A stretch of DNA of 62,182 bases, filler included, from Sphacelaria rigidula (taxonomy: Eukaryota): the NCBI GenBank assembly GCA_964200075.2. It is 6 parts of 6 records of this genome, joined end to end, with 100 filler letters (N's around TTAATTAATTAA, not from the genome) between each part and the next. Parts side by side here need not be neighbours in the genome. Positions count along the whole stretch, not along the records: positions 1 to 10,281 come from CAXNAA020006797.1; positions 10,382 to 20,662 come from CAXNAA020006798.1; 4 more parts are not named here. One strand, written 5' to 3'. The notes below the pieces were generated by a model that saw only the letters and a list, made by a program, of their open reading frames with translations, was not told the origin of the DNA and did not search any database. A program made the position numbers and the translations under genes. Shown here piece after piece: positions 1 to 10,920 of this stretch (position 1 is the stretch's first letter; each line of letters starts with the position of its first letter).

Positions 1-107
1 GGGAAAAAAAAAAGAGGGGTAGGGGGGCACGACACAATACCCCTGGTGCCGGGGGGCCCTGGGGGGGGAGGGGGGGGGGGGGCTGAGGAAGGTAAAAACC
101 ATCTCAC

Positions 108-1684
108 CAGTGAGCAGGGAGCAGAAGCCGTCATCGGAAATGTCTAGGAGCTGGTACTCGTTACGGCGCACCACGGGCACCGAGGTGGTGTGGGTGGACG
201 GGATGACATCTTCAAGCTTCTTGCCGGTGAAGATGTCCGTAGCGGTGAAGTTAGCCTTGGCGTGGCCGTGCTTTCCGGTTTTAGAGGTGGACACGTTCAC
301 CACCTGCAAAATACGAGCACGCGGGAGACCGTCCACAGGAGAATATCACTTTATCGTACTTGGTCCTTTCCGTGCTGAAGTGCCATTTCCGTACTTCAAC
401 CATCAAGACCAATTCGGCGTCATGTCTAGTGCTACTGAACGATGGCCGTCAGCGAAACCTTTCATGATCGAGTGCACTTCCTCTTCTTGTTCCATCGCCA
501 CAATTTTCGCTATCCACAAACTCGTCAATGAATGGAGCGAGAAAACGACACAGATCATCCCTCGGACTGAAAGAGTGCACACATGGGGCGAGTCATTACT
601 TGCCGAAACGAGTGCGCTCGTTCATGTTTTTTCCAAGACACTACGAGCATGGGTAGTGTGCTCGAGTATGTATTTTTTCTTTCACAAGTACGACTTGCGT
701 GCTCGCCTCATTAATTTTTTCCAACACGAGCGATGACTCGAGTACGCGCCGTAATAATTTTTTCCCACCAGGAGCAATGACCCGAGTTCTCACACTATTA
801 TTTTTTCCCGCCACGAGAAATTACTAGAACCCTCGAGGATCTTCCAAAACGGCCCACGAGCAGCCGAGCGAGTGCGAGTGTCACGAGTCATACTTGTGCT
901 CGTCCAACGTGTGAATGACTGAGTGTGCACCCTGTCCCGTACACGCATGTCAACGGCGATTTTTTCCGGATCCTACATTGGATTTCAATTTTCATGTTTC
1001 TCATTCTCTGCAGTTAGCTTGTGACCACGGAAGGTGTCTGCCTCAGATGTCGGAACGTACTTTCATGTCAAGATGACAATCCGCAACCATAACCAACGAA
1101 TGAACGGCTGGAACATGACCAATGTGAATGCGCGTACTGTCCTACGACAAAAAAGATGCAGCTTTTTGAGCAGACTGCAATGGAAATGTCATACATGGTG
1201 ACTCGATCACTTCGTGTAACCTTGGAACGCTCGTGTCCGACTCATGTGCCATTTCCAGGCACGTCGACAATGAAATATTCGTCGACTTCTACGCGTGACT
1301 CGCCGTTTTACAGGTGCAGGAAAAACATTCATCAAGCAGTTCGAAGTTCGAGATGCCACGTTTGCACGTTGTCGCCCCGCTCGAAGACGGTCATGCCCGT
1401 CTTACCCCGCACATGAAAAGCTTCGAAAAAATGGGCTTCTTTCCGGTCAATCAGCAAACACTGCACTACTATCCAACCCTGCAAAATGTCCGTTTGGACG
1501 TCCGACATGCGACCTGGGCGCCAGAGGATCGCCTTGTGACAAAAACACAAACCTTGCAGGGGTGGCCCTTGATCACGATGTAGCCGCCCTTGCGAATCTG
1601 GCCGGCTTCGGAGGGGATGGTGTGCGAGGCACCGGCGTCCGTGCCGCTGAAGTCGTAGTCGTTCAGCTTGTCCTCGGTAGCCAT
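108..1684 (-). CDS. eIF5A: Translation factor eIF5A, first two coding exons (1684-1553, 303-108); 3' part runs off the contig
   Basis: Spliced translation MATEDKLNDYDFSGTDAGASHTIPSEAGQIRKGGYIVIKGHPCK|VVNVSTSKTGKHGHAKANFTATDIFTGKKLEDVIPSTH... contains the hypusine motif STSKTGKHGHAK. GT/AG sites are in phase. A probable 5'-UTR intron acceptor lies at ~1693. Confidence 0.97.
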
Positions 1685-2950
1685 GGTGCCGTCTGAAAAA
1701 AATTATGAGAACGTCAGAGCAAATGAAGGAGGGTGAGTGGATCGTCTGTGGGGCGGTACTATACCCACCGCAAGTTACTTTACGGCTTTTCAACTGCAAA
1801 CGCCAAGTGGCTGGTTGTTTAGTACTCCAAGGAGATGGCTTTGACGCATTGAAGGCGCGACGAGACCTGTAGCAGTAGGCTCTTGTGGAGTCCACCAAGC
1901 CAGAGACTACAGGCAGTACCACGCAGGGTGGATACGAAACGGGCATTTTTTTGTCGGCTACAGTTTATCATCTGCACCCGAGTTATCTATAATGTGGTAC
2001 GTATTCAGCATTCCGTCCTACGGGCGGGGGCGCACGATACGATGGGGACAATAAGCATAGCGTAAGGTCCGCGGTAGCACATTGCTCTTTACGACAGCGT
2101 ACACATCCCAGCAGCCACATATACAGGTGAAAAGACGACAAACTGGTGGGGTACGAGCTTGGGACTGGTTCCAACTACTGTACTGTACTGTTGAACCGTC
2201 GTAGAAATGAATCAGGTGGGGTTTCAGCAGGATGAACCCGTGACACATCCGCAATAAAGTTACCGTACTTGTATTCGACCCCAAAAAGGTCGGCAGCGAG
2301 TCATGGGATCATCCGCACGCGAACTCGTTGCTTGATGCGTACGTCAACGGGCGAGAAGAAGAAAAAACGAGCATACTGTGCTGTACTCGGGAGTATTGAT
2401 ACGTCGAAATATCGTTGGCTGGTGTTCAACCGTTTCCTATTGCCACGTAATATAACCGACTCCTTCGCATGCACGACGAGCCTATGGGACTGACCGCGAA
2501 CCTTCCGTTCCTGCGGCCTTGAATGACTTGACAAGTGCAGTACCATACTACGGCAATAGGGCTGCCTACATGACCAAGACTGCATCAAGTTCTGTAGTGT
2601 GGTGAGCAGTAATGTGTTTGCGTTGCAGTATCTGATCGGCGGTTTCTTTTTTCCAACCGCCACAGAAACGTTTGACGACGGGTTGGGAAAGGTAACCAGT
2701 AGCCACGTACTGGCAGAATCAGGAAGTGTATCAATTCAGGGGTGATAGTCTCGCACAATGGCGATACGTTTCGTCGATATCGCAGTTGATTGGGCGACGT
2801 GATGTAGGCTCTTCATGTACGTAATCATCGAATTCAGTCCACGTACCACCTCAGGTGAACATCCCACCAGGGCACAACAACAGTACATAAAACTTCGAGG
2901 AGGCAGGCCGCTTTGGGGCTGCACCAAAACCGCAACCACACAAAAGGAGA
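310..2950 (+). pseudogene. Decayed ZNFX1-like helicase C-terminal half, antisense to eIF5A and split by its first coding exon
   Basis: TGEYHFIVLGPFRA...YFNHQDQFGVMSSA at ~335-435 resembles SF1 motif V-VI. A Cys/His-rich tract lies at ~1010-1400, NGHFFV at ~1940, and an RZ-finger-like DWAT*CRLFMYVIIEF...GEHP at ~2785-2870. Many stops and frameshifts; read by eye. Confidence 0.6.
571..934. mobile_element. MITE (possibly hAT-like) in the eIF5A intron
   Basis: Imperfect terminal inverted repeats AAGAGTGCACAC / GTGTGCACCCTG and internal ~47-bp subrepeats (cacgagcaatgactcgagt...). Confidence 0.55.
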
Positions 2951-3089
2951 CTTGGAAGTTCGAAGAGACGCCCCCTTGACTAGATATACCTCATTAGAAC
3001 TCGACGACAACGAACAAAAGTTGTGCGTGCATACGCAGGTTTGTCCAGGGGCGGGGTGGCGATTTTCGGGCTAGAAGAGCAACATCTGT

Positions 3090-6000
3090 CACTTGAAAAT
3101 GAAACGCAAGCCACGCACACCTCTATGCTGTGGCCCAATGTGTAAACTCAGCGTCGTGATTTGATCGCATAAACCCTGAGGCCATGTCAAATCTCCGCTG
3201 ATATACATCTCCATGTCTGTTACACATATTTGATTGTAGACTGTCGTATGACACGGGCGGAAGCAGCGAGCGTCGCTTGTGTGCATTTATGTCGAGAGTT
3301 CTACCAAGATAACTACTCGAGCAAGACCACTTCGAGCTCAACAACTGGTGCCCCGACTTTCAACTTTCAGGGCAAAAAGGTGGTGGTTTCAGAGGGAAGA
3401 GGAACCAATCGACCGTTCTCAAAAAAAAAGTAAGAGAGAACGGTAGGTGATGGTGTGTGTCAGCCGCTATCACATCAACCAAACGACACCATAGACTTCT
3501 CGGAAGCAAGCAAGCCCGTTGCCCCAACATCATAAAATTTCCTACATGCTGGTTGTGTGTGAGGTGAGAGAGACCATGCTATCGTTATCAAGACTTGGCC
3601 TGCGTAGTACGGTCAAAGTCCCACCTGCCCCCTCAAAGTCCTGTCCCTGAACCCAAGCAAGTTGTTCTATTGAATTTTCATTCGGTTCTAAAACGAAGAT
3701 AACCCCCCATCCCATCTGATGAAACTTCAGCCTTTGGTTTATTGTTTGGGGGTTTGGGGCGGTGACCGCATAAACAACATACAGCAGGCCCGGCAGACAT
3801 CCTCTTTTACCAATGTGCTCCACAGTCTTTAAAGTCTCGACATGCATTGTCAGGATACTCACCTCGGTGTCACTTACTCCCTGAAGATTGGGTTAGACAG
3901 AAGATGATACCTGTCACGCGGCGGAAGAGGGGAGATTTGGCTGGGCGGATAGAGGAATGAGGGGAGGGGGTGGTAAAAAATGGAAAGACGCCAGTCTCAA
4001 GAAGGTACACCTTCTCGTTTGCACTCACGTGAATCATGAATGTACCAACGTACCAACAGCCAACGAGGGTTCCACAAGGCTGCGGGCAAACTCACAAGCG
4101 ACCACCAAATATGTGAGTAATTCATTTTTCTGTTATCGAGGACGGGAAATATACTTAACATGAGCACCGGTGAAGGAGGGAGGAGTGACGACGGGCCGCA
4201 GCGGGGAATCTCGGGAAATAGGTGACGATGGTGAGCCAATACTTGCAATATTTGACGTCTCGAAAACACACAACAAGAAACAGGGACACAGACAGTAAGT
4301 GCATCAGTCGAGCATCAGTGCATGTCCAAGGGGCGTTGAAAGAATGAGGCTGTCCCACTACAGACTGATCCCAGGCGCTTTGAGGGGAATTAGTAACTAG
4401 AGCGGAGGCGGTTCTTGTAAGCTAGAAGAGAGAGCACAGTATACGCTTCCCGTCTGGCTCTTGAGGTCTCCATCAGGCTCTGCCTCTGAGGGTTTGGCCG
4501 ACTTTATGTCATCTAGCGAGAGTGTTCAGATTCTGATTGATCGAAAACTTCCCGCTCTTGATGCGGTGTACAGTAGTAATGCATGAAGATATCCAAACAC
4601 AATGTTCCGACAAATGCCAACGATTTTCTGTTCCGCTACTGTAGCCTTTCCGCACTAGTGCAGCACCACCAGTATAGTTACGCAGTCCGAGACAACACTG
4701 CACAGTACGGGATATTATAGTCCACACAACATTCTGAACGCAATATACAGGACAGATCGTGTCTTCACTGCGTGGTCATCGTCAGGCGTCAACCAAGGCT
4801 GGCCGCTTCCCTGACTTCAATATTGCACGGTGCTGTACCAGGTATACAGCACTGGGGAGGGCCTCCAATCCTTGACACATACAGCAAGGAGGAATGGAGG
4901 ATGCCCAGGCGACCGATGGCGGACTTGACGGAACTGACGAGTTCGACGACTCGGTCATGGCGTGGGAAATTACCGCGAAAGGGAAGAGTGCGCGAGATAT
5001 CGGCGCTCTGCACGAGGCTTGGGCAGCAGCACATGTTGCCCGAGGCGCCGTCAACAAAGCCCAAGTCAGTTGGTGGCATCCATCGCGTAGGCGACTTTCG
5101 TTTCCAAGTTCTGCACCACTCAAGGAATCCACATTATGCATGTCTTTTTTGTGTCATCGATTGTTCTCTCGCGAGAACCAAACCATTGCACGGGTAGCAA
5201 CGACGTGTTTGAACGTCGGTGTTACGGGTTACTACAGCATATTGTAATACTTGTAGTTGTAAAGAAGAGGTCATAGACCCCCACTCTAAGCTGTGCCGAA
5301 TATGACGGAATATCGTCCCCTGGTCACATTACAGGAGGGAGTTGTTTCCATGTCATGGTCCACAACACGATATCCGTTGAATAGGGCCTCTGTGTTGCGG
5401 GAGGCACTTCCCCACAAGAACATGTCCGTCGCCATCAATCCACCAACTGGCAGGACCACCTCGATAGCGCGCTTGAGATCTGGTCGAGTTACGACGACGC
5501 GGCTCTTACGGCGCGCACATGGTGCCTCAAGGCTTCGTGCAGCGCCGAAGCAAACGACTTTGCAGCGGCAGCTGGCAGTTTCAAGCGTGCACAGCAATTC
5601 GCGGAGGAGGCCAGTGACTTTCCGTTGGTGTTGTGTGTGATGGTGAATCGTGCGATTTGTGAAATTCGAAGAGGGGATGCAAAGGCCGCTGCATCCAGGG
5701 CAAGAAGAGCATTCGTAAAAGCTGAGAGAGAGGGCAACTATGACTGGCTGATGACCACCTATTGCGTGAGGTGACGATCTATCCAGAAGTCGCTAAACTG
5801 TCGTAGATGATGCACAGACGAGTGGTGAACGCCCCAGTGTAGTTCACTAAGTAGCGGCAAAAATTGTGGTTTGCGGGAAAATACTCTACGAAGAGGTAAC
5901 AGCGGTCGAAGTCATCACCTCGTGCTCATTGCGGGTGCAACCTAAACAGCGAACGACATCCCTCCTAGGGCTACAAAGTTGAATAATAAGCAAATATCAC

Positions 6001-9000
6001 ATCACCACTTAGTTGGCGTCAAGTGTCGCCTTCTCACCTTCAAAATCCAGTTGATGCCACGTGCGCGCATCTCGCGCCGGGAATTATTTGTTACATCCCT
6101 CCGTTCACGAAAGCCGTTCCAACATAATATGCCACGTTTCTTACACTCTGTCTCATACCCCTGTTGCATCAATCATATCGTGTTCCAATTTGCGCAAAAG
6201 AGCTGCGAGCTATCAGATGGTCGGGAACTTCTTGGCGGCGTGCAACGAGTACGAAGCAGCCGCGAAGATGGTATCTACGGGTCTCGTGAAGCAACCCAAA
6301 CCTGACCTTATGGTGGCGATGGATACCAACCTTGGCGTCTGGTGAGTACAGCTATCTCACGCTCGCATCACACCCGATTTCGGGAAACACCAACCGACTG
6401 TCTTTCGTGAATACTGGTAGTCTGAAGAAACGGTTATGTGAGAAGAAGATGAGTCCTCGACGGACAACGCGGTACTTTCTCCTTTTTTTAAGGTAGATTC
6501 CACACCACCCTCCCTTGTATGGGTCCAGTCGGGCGTCTCTGTGACAAAAAGAGGTTTGTAGAGATAACATATTTCGCCATCTAATGGTGAATATATATTT
6601 TGCACCCATTTGCACCCATACCTTTGGCGTGTGTTGGACACTTGGGCCAATAATATACAGTACCCAAAGATTCTTCCGTGAGCTCGTGGTCTCTGCTTGC
6701 TCGTCCCTCCACCATTTTTGCGACTTTTGTATGCCCTTTCAACCGTGGCAGCTATTTTTTTGTCGCGGTGATCGGGCCGAGATGCGAACGCGGAGAAAAA
6801 ATTTCACGAAATAATTAGAGGCATCTCTGAGGGTCGCGAATGTGAAAAAGTAGCGAGTTCTCGACAGACGCTCATGGTAATTCGTCCCCTCTACGCTGCA
6901 CGCAAGATTTGCTCCACAATGTGTCCTCCTCTGTGAAGATAATCTGAAGATGCGTGACTTTGGCCTACTATTACAACCACTATCAATTATTAGGTAATAC
7001 CTAAACCGCATAGGGATTGGCGGCTCCTGCTTTACGTTCCTTAGTACTACCGTTGGGTACTTGTCTCGTACGTCGGCATATCGCGACGAACTGTCAGGGG
7101 TGGGTATGCCAGTAATAACCATCCACCCGCAGTCTATGTCTCTCTCAGCGGTTGACATACCAACGGGATAGAGGGATGCTTTTCTTTGAGGAAACCTTAT
7201 CAGACGAGGCCCACTATCGCAGTTTTCTTCCCACCCTCTTTAGCGGTGGAGAGTTCATTCCCCCCTCACAACTACGCATTCAGTGCCCCCCCTCCCAAAA
7301 TGCCAAACTCAAGATAGTATTCTGCGAAGCGGCAAACCCGAGCGAGCAGCAGCGACGTTCGAGCGCGCTCTGGAGACCATTCAGAACAGACTGCGTCCGC
7401 AGTCATCCCTGACTCTGGCGCGGTGCCTTTTCAATGCCGGTGAGGCTAAGCGTCAAGCCGGAGACCTCGCGGCTGCTCGGGAATATCTTGATGAGGCTGC
7501 GAGTGTGATGTCAGCGGAGCGCACGGCGGGTGAGCGAACGACATGCACTGTGGAAATCGGCGGGGGGGGAGGGAGAATTTCCGCTCAGCGTTTCCCTTGT
7601 GGAGGGCACTATAATAGTGGTCTTTATTTGGTTGTGGCGGAGCTCTTGCACCCTGTGCTGTGGTAAGGGTATAACTGTTACAGGCATTTTAATGCCGCAT
7701 ATCCTGGACTGCGGCACACCGTCACAATGTGATGCGAACGTAGGAATGTACACATCAAAATGTCCACTTGCGTTATGCTTGTTCGCCCGCTCTTCTGGGG
7801 ATTGGGTAGGAAAAGCCGCAGAGGAGCGCTCAAGTTTACTCGTTTTTGCCATCCTCATGATGACCTCCACATCTAGCGGAGACGGTTCTCGTGCTCCATA
7901 TCTTGTGAACCCACCACAAGAAGAGCTGCGGCCGCAAAGCTGCATGCGCCACACTTGAAGTCTTCCAACACATCAAGTAGACAATCGACGCGCATGTCTC
8001 TTGCTGTCCCGTCCACCACCTTTGGCCCGTCCGAAGTACAGTCACTGAGGAAGATCGCGCCACCGCGAACCAGCGACGCCGATCCGATCTCGGAGCTCTC
8101 ACGTTGGAAGTTGCGAACTCGCGGGGACTCTGCGACTTGTCGGCAAGCGCGCAACCTTTTATCAACCTGGCGTCCTCCACCTTCGGCACCGAGGCGAAGC
8201 GGACAACGTTGGGTGATGTCGACGATGATCAACCACGCGTGGAACAAAATGATGGGGAGTATGAAACAAGGTCGAGTGGGGAAGAGGAAGAAGACTCCGC
8301 AGCAGTGATAGCGGCGGTCTTGATATCGCAGGGTGGGAAGGCGGAGGACGGAGGCGCTCACGTACACCAGAAAACAAACAATGCTGTTCTCGAGGGCATC
8401 GCGTGGTCGCTGGCTGGAAGGAGCACCACAGACGGGGTAAGGTATACCGATGAACAGCTGCACTCCTGAATACCTGTGCAAAGCAGATCAAGTTCGTTTG
8501 ATGCAGTATTGATTCGTGCTTGCACAGATCTGCCGATCTGGACGGCAACGGTGGCGACGAACGAGCGATACGGTCCACATGAATGTCGGTAGCTCCCTAG
8601 CTTCTCATCCCTGATCCCGTCGCGGTATTCGGGATCGTGAACCCGAAATCATGATATCGTGCGTGGGACGTTGTTTGTGTCGGCCGCAATTGAAGGGCTA
8701 CGGGTAGTGCGTTGAAATCTGCTATGCCAGCAATTTCACTGTTGCAGCGGCTTCGTTCACGCTGTTTTTGCCGCTTCTCGTGACTTCGTTCCTGCAGAAA
8801 ATTCGTGTGTTTTTACGTCCTGGCACTTGTGTCGTTTTCCAAACGTATCAAGCCATGTTGCCTTCCATCGGCGAGAAAAATATTATGTGAAGGCTGGCTA
8901 GAGTATTCAGCTTCGTCGTCACCCTTAGTCGTCATCATGTGCTTGATAGGTGGCTGCCCTCAAACGAGCAGAGAGATTGGTGGGGAAAGTGATGGCCGAC

Positions 9001-9390
9001 GAGAGAGCAATCCACGATACCGCCGCCCCTGCACTTCTCACGTCCGCAGCAATGGGGGAAAGCGCGCCTGCTGGCAGCGACAGCGATGCTCAGCTTGCAC
9101 AGGTAGTATAGAGAGTGAGAAGCTTGCAGAGGAAAGGCGGGCAAAACGAGAGCAATGCAAGTGTAGTGTAGTATAGTAGTGAGGCTTGGGATTGGTTGCT
9201 TGCGGGAGTATCTAATTTTACAACGTTTGGCCGACCTAGGGGAAATGCGATGTTGACCATCACGATCTAGGAAATACGCAAGCGGCGATGGCACCAAATT
9301 CTGTATCGCTTTTGTTTTCTGGGGGGATCGCCATGAGCGAATGTTGAAGACCTGCCCCACAGATTTAAAATGATGTACACTAATGTTCTT
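3090..9390 (-). pseudogene. Near full-length decayed ZNFX1-like gene distributed over the introns and flanks of the TPR gene
   Basis: Motif relics in order on the minus strand: SRKQPIPSLTTIL..SLYYL (~9200), HFDVYIP (~7750), VITGIP (motif I, ~7110), PPIP..RIFRLSS (Ia, ~7000), GDD..NHNF (III, ~5890), VVDHDMET and RTIDD (~5350/5160), YVSRIG..CIPG (VI, ~4870), RZ-like C....MYISGD...C....IGPQH (~3130-3230). Confidence 0.62.
4894..8436 (+). CDS. TPR-repeat protein; exons 4894-5064, 5454-5765, 6217-6341, 7318-7529, 8042-8436 (3' end uncertain)
   Basis: Phase-compatible GT/AG exons encode TPR-like helices, e.g. AAGSFKRAQQF, NLGVCILRSGKPERAAATFERALE and LFNAGEAKRQAGDLAAAREYLDEA. Confidence 0.8.
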
Positions 9391-9404
9391 CAAGCGCTGG
9401 CGGG

Positions 9405-10281
9405 GGAGGGGGGGGGGGGGTATTCATTCGTTGCTTGCCTTAGCCGTTNNNNNNNNNNTGCCGGCGCTGCTGGTGGTCTGGCTCGTTTGAGGAGCGTGCT
9501 GGTTTTCGGGGGGGGGGGGGTGGGGGCGGGGCGTATTCATTCGTTGCTTGCCTTAGTCGTTTGATTATTGGCCATGCATCCCTTTTGAGACGGAGTACCG
9601 TTTCTGTTGTTCTACTAAAAGAGACATCTCCAACATTTGAGCGCTCATTACTTCTTCTCCGTACATCACATGAACCCTTTTACAGGTCTTATCCCCTCCG
9701 CCCGCCCTTCCTAGTTTGCCGTCTGTGGCCACCATCTATCTCCTTGTGTCGTTTTATCCTTACTATCTCTTGTACCAAACGTTTTCACGTCACATCGCTT
9801 TATTTGCATCATCTCCTACAGCATGCCCCGCTCCTACTTGTACGAACATATTGAAGTTCACATTCTGCCACTTTTATGAGTTGTAGTCTCTGTTGCTTTG
9901 CCACACGGACAGTCCTGTGCCCCTGCTTCATCTTTCACCCGACTCCTGCTACCTCTTTTTTTCCGGCATTTGTAGTGTTGGAGTGGTGATGTTGGTGGTG
10001 TTGGTGGGGAGAGGGGTTATACAACAGTCGTTTTTTTGACGCGTAAACAAGGAGAAATATCGAGTGCACGACGTGTCGGCATTTCTACTTACACACGTCA
10101 TCATCTCGCACAAACTCTACCGCGACTTCACCAATCCCTCACGAGAACGTGATCTCTACCCTGCCCTGTTTCGCCACTCTCGTACCTACCCCATATCCTG
10201 AAGGGGGGGGGGGGGTTCTCATGTGTTGCTTGCCTTAGTCGTCTGACCACTGACCACGCATCCCTTTCGCGCCGGAGCACC
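9405..10281. repeat. Copies of a short interspersed repeat (G-run + tattcattcgttgcttgccttagtcgt)
   Basis: The motif recurs at ~9420, ~9533 and ~10215, and again at ~42760 in another contig. Confidence 0.7.
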
Positions 10282-10381
10282 NNNNNNNNNNNNNNNNNNN
10301 NNNNNNNNNNNNNNNNNNNNNNNNNTTAATTAATTAANNNNNNNNNNNNNNNNNNNNNNNNNNNNNNNNNNNNNNNNNNNN
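10282..10381. other. Artificial contig linker
   Basis: N-run, TTAATTAATTAA (stops in all six frames), N-run. Confidence 0.99.
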
Positions 10382-10439
10382 GGTTGATCCCTTGAGACCA
10401 CGGACTCATCCCGAGGAAGGGGAGGAGTTCAAAGTGTGA

Positions 10440-10920
10440 GGGAAAAAAAAATGGCGATTTTCTTGGGCTTTTTTGCTTGCCACCGCTTTTACATAGGAAA
10501 TTTGAAGAAACTAGTATCCGCTACACATTCCAAGGAAAAAAAAACATCTGTATTCAATATTGAGCGACTTACGGGGCTAGTCGGTCATCGGGCGTCCGGC
10601 CACTTTTCAGCCCAGATTCTGAATCTTCAGTATTTTCGGTCGATCGAGCCTGTTCCGATCGTATTTGTGAAGAAATGATTTTTTTTTTTTTGCTTCAAGT
10701 TTTACCTACTCATTGCACAGGGTCGAAAAACTGTGTTTCACGGTCAATAGCACCCTCCTGATAAACGGGGTTTATACTCGTATCACTCGATAACACCCAA
10801 CTAACACTAACTTGGGCACTGTGTTTTGAGGGCGATCCGTTTACTGTACCAAAATCTACCGACGCTAGCACTTTCGAGTTCTATCGAATAGCAGTACGCG
10901 AGAAAACTCCAAAACAATCC
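10440..10920. mobile_element. Degenerate copy of the ~550-bp Tc1/mariner-type MITE family
   Basis: Internal sequence matches 25818-26370 (tattttcggtcgatcga, cacggtcaata, aaatctaccgacgctagca). Confidence 0.8.

Noticed and set aside
110-736. 208-aa plus-strand ORF as a gene
   Set aside because: Composite of the eIF5A antisense shadow, helicase relic and MITE.
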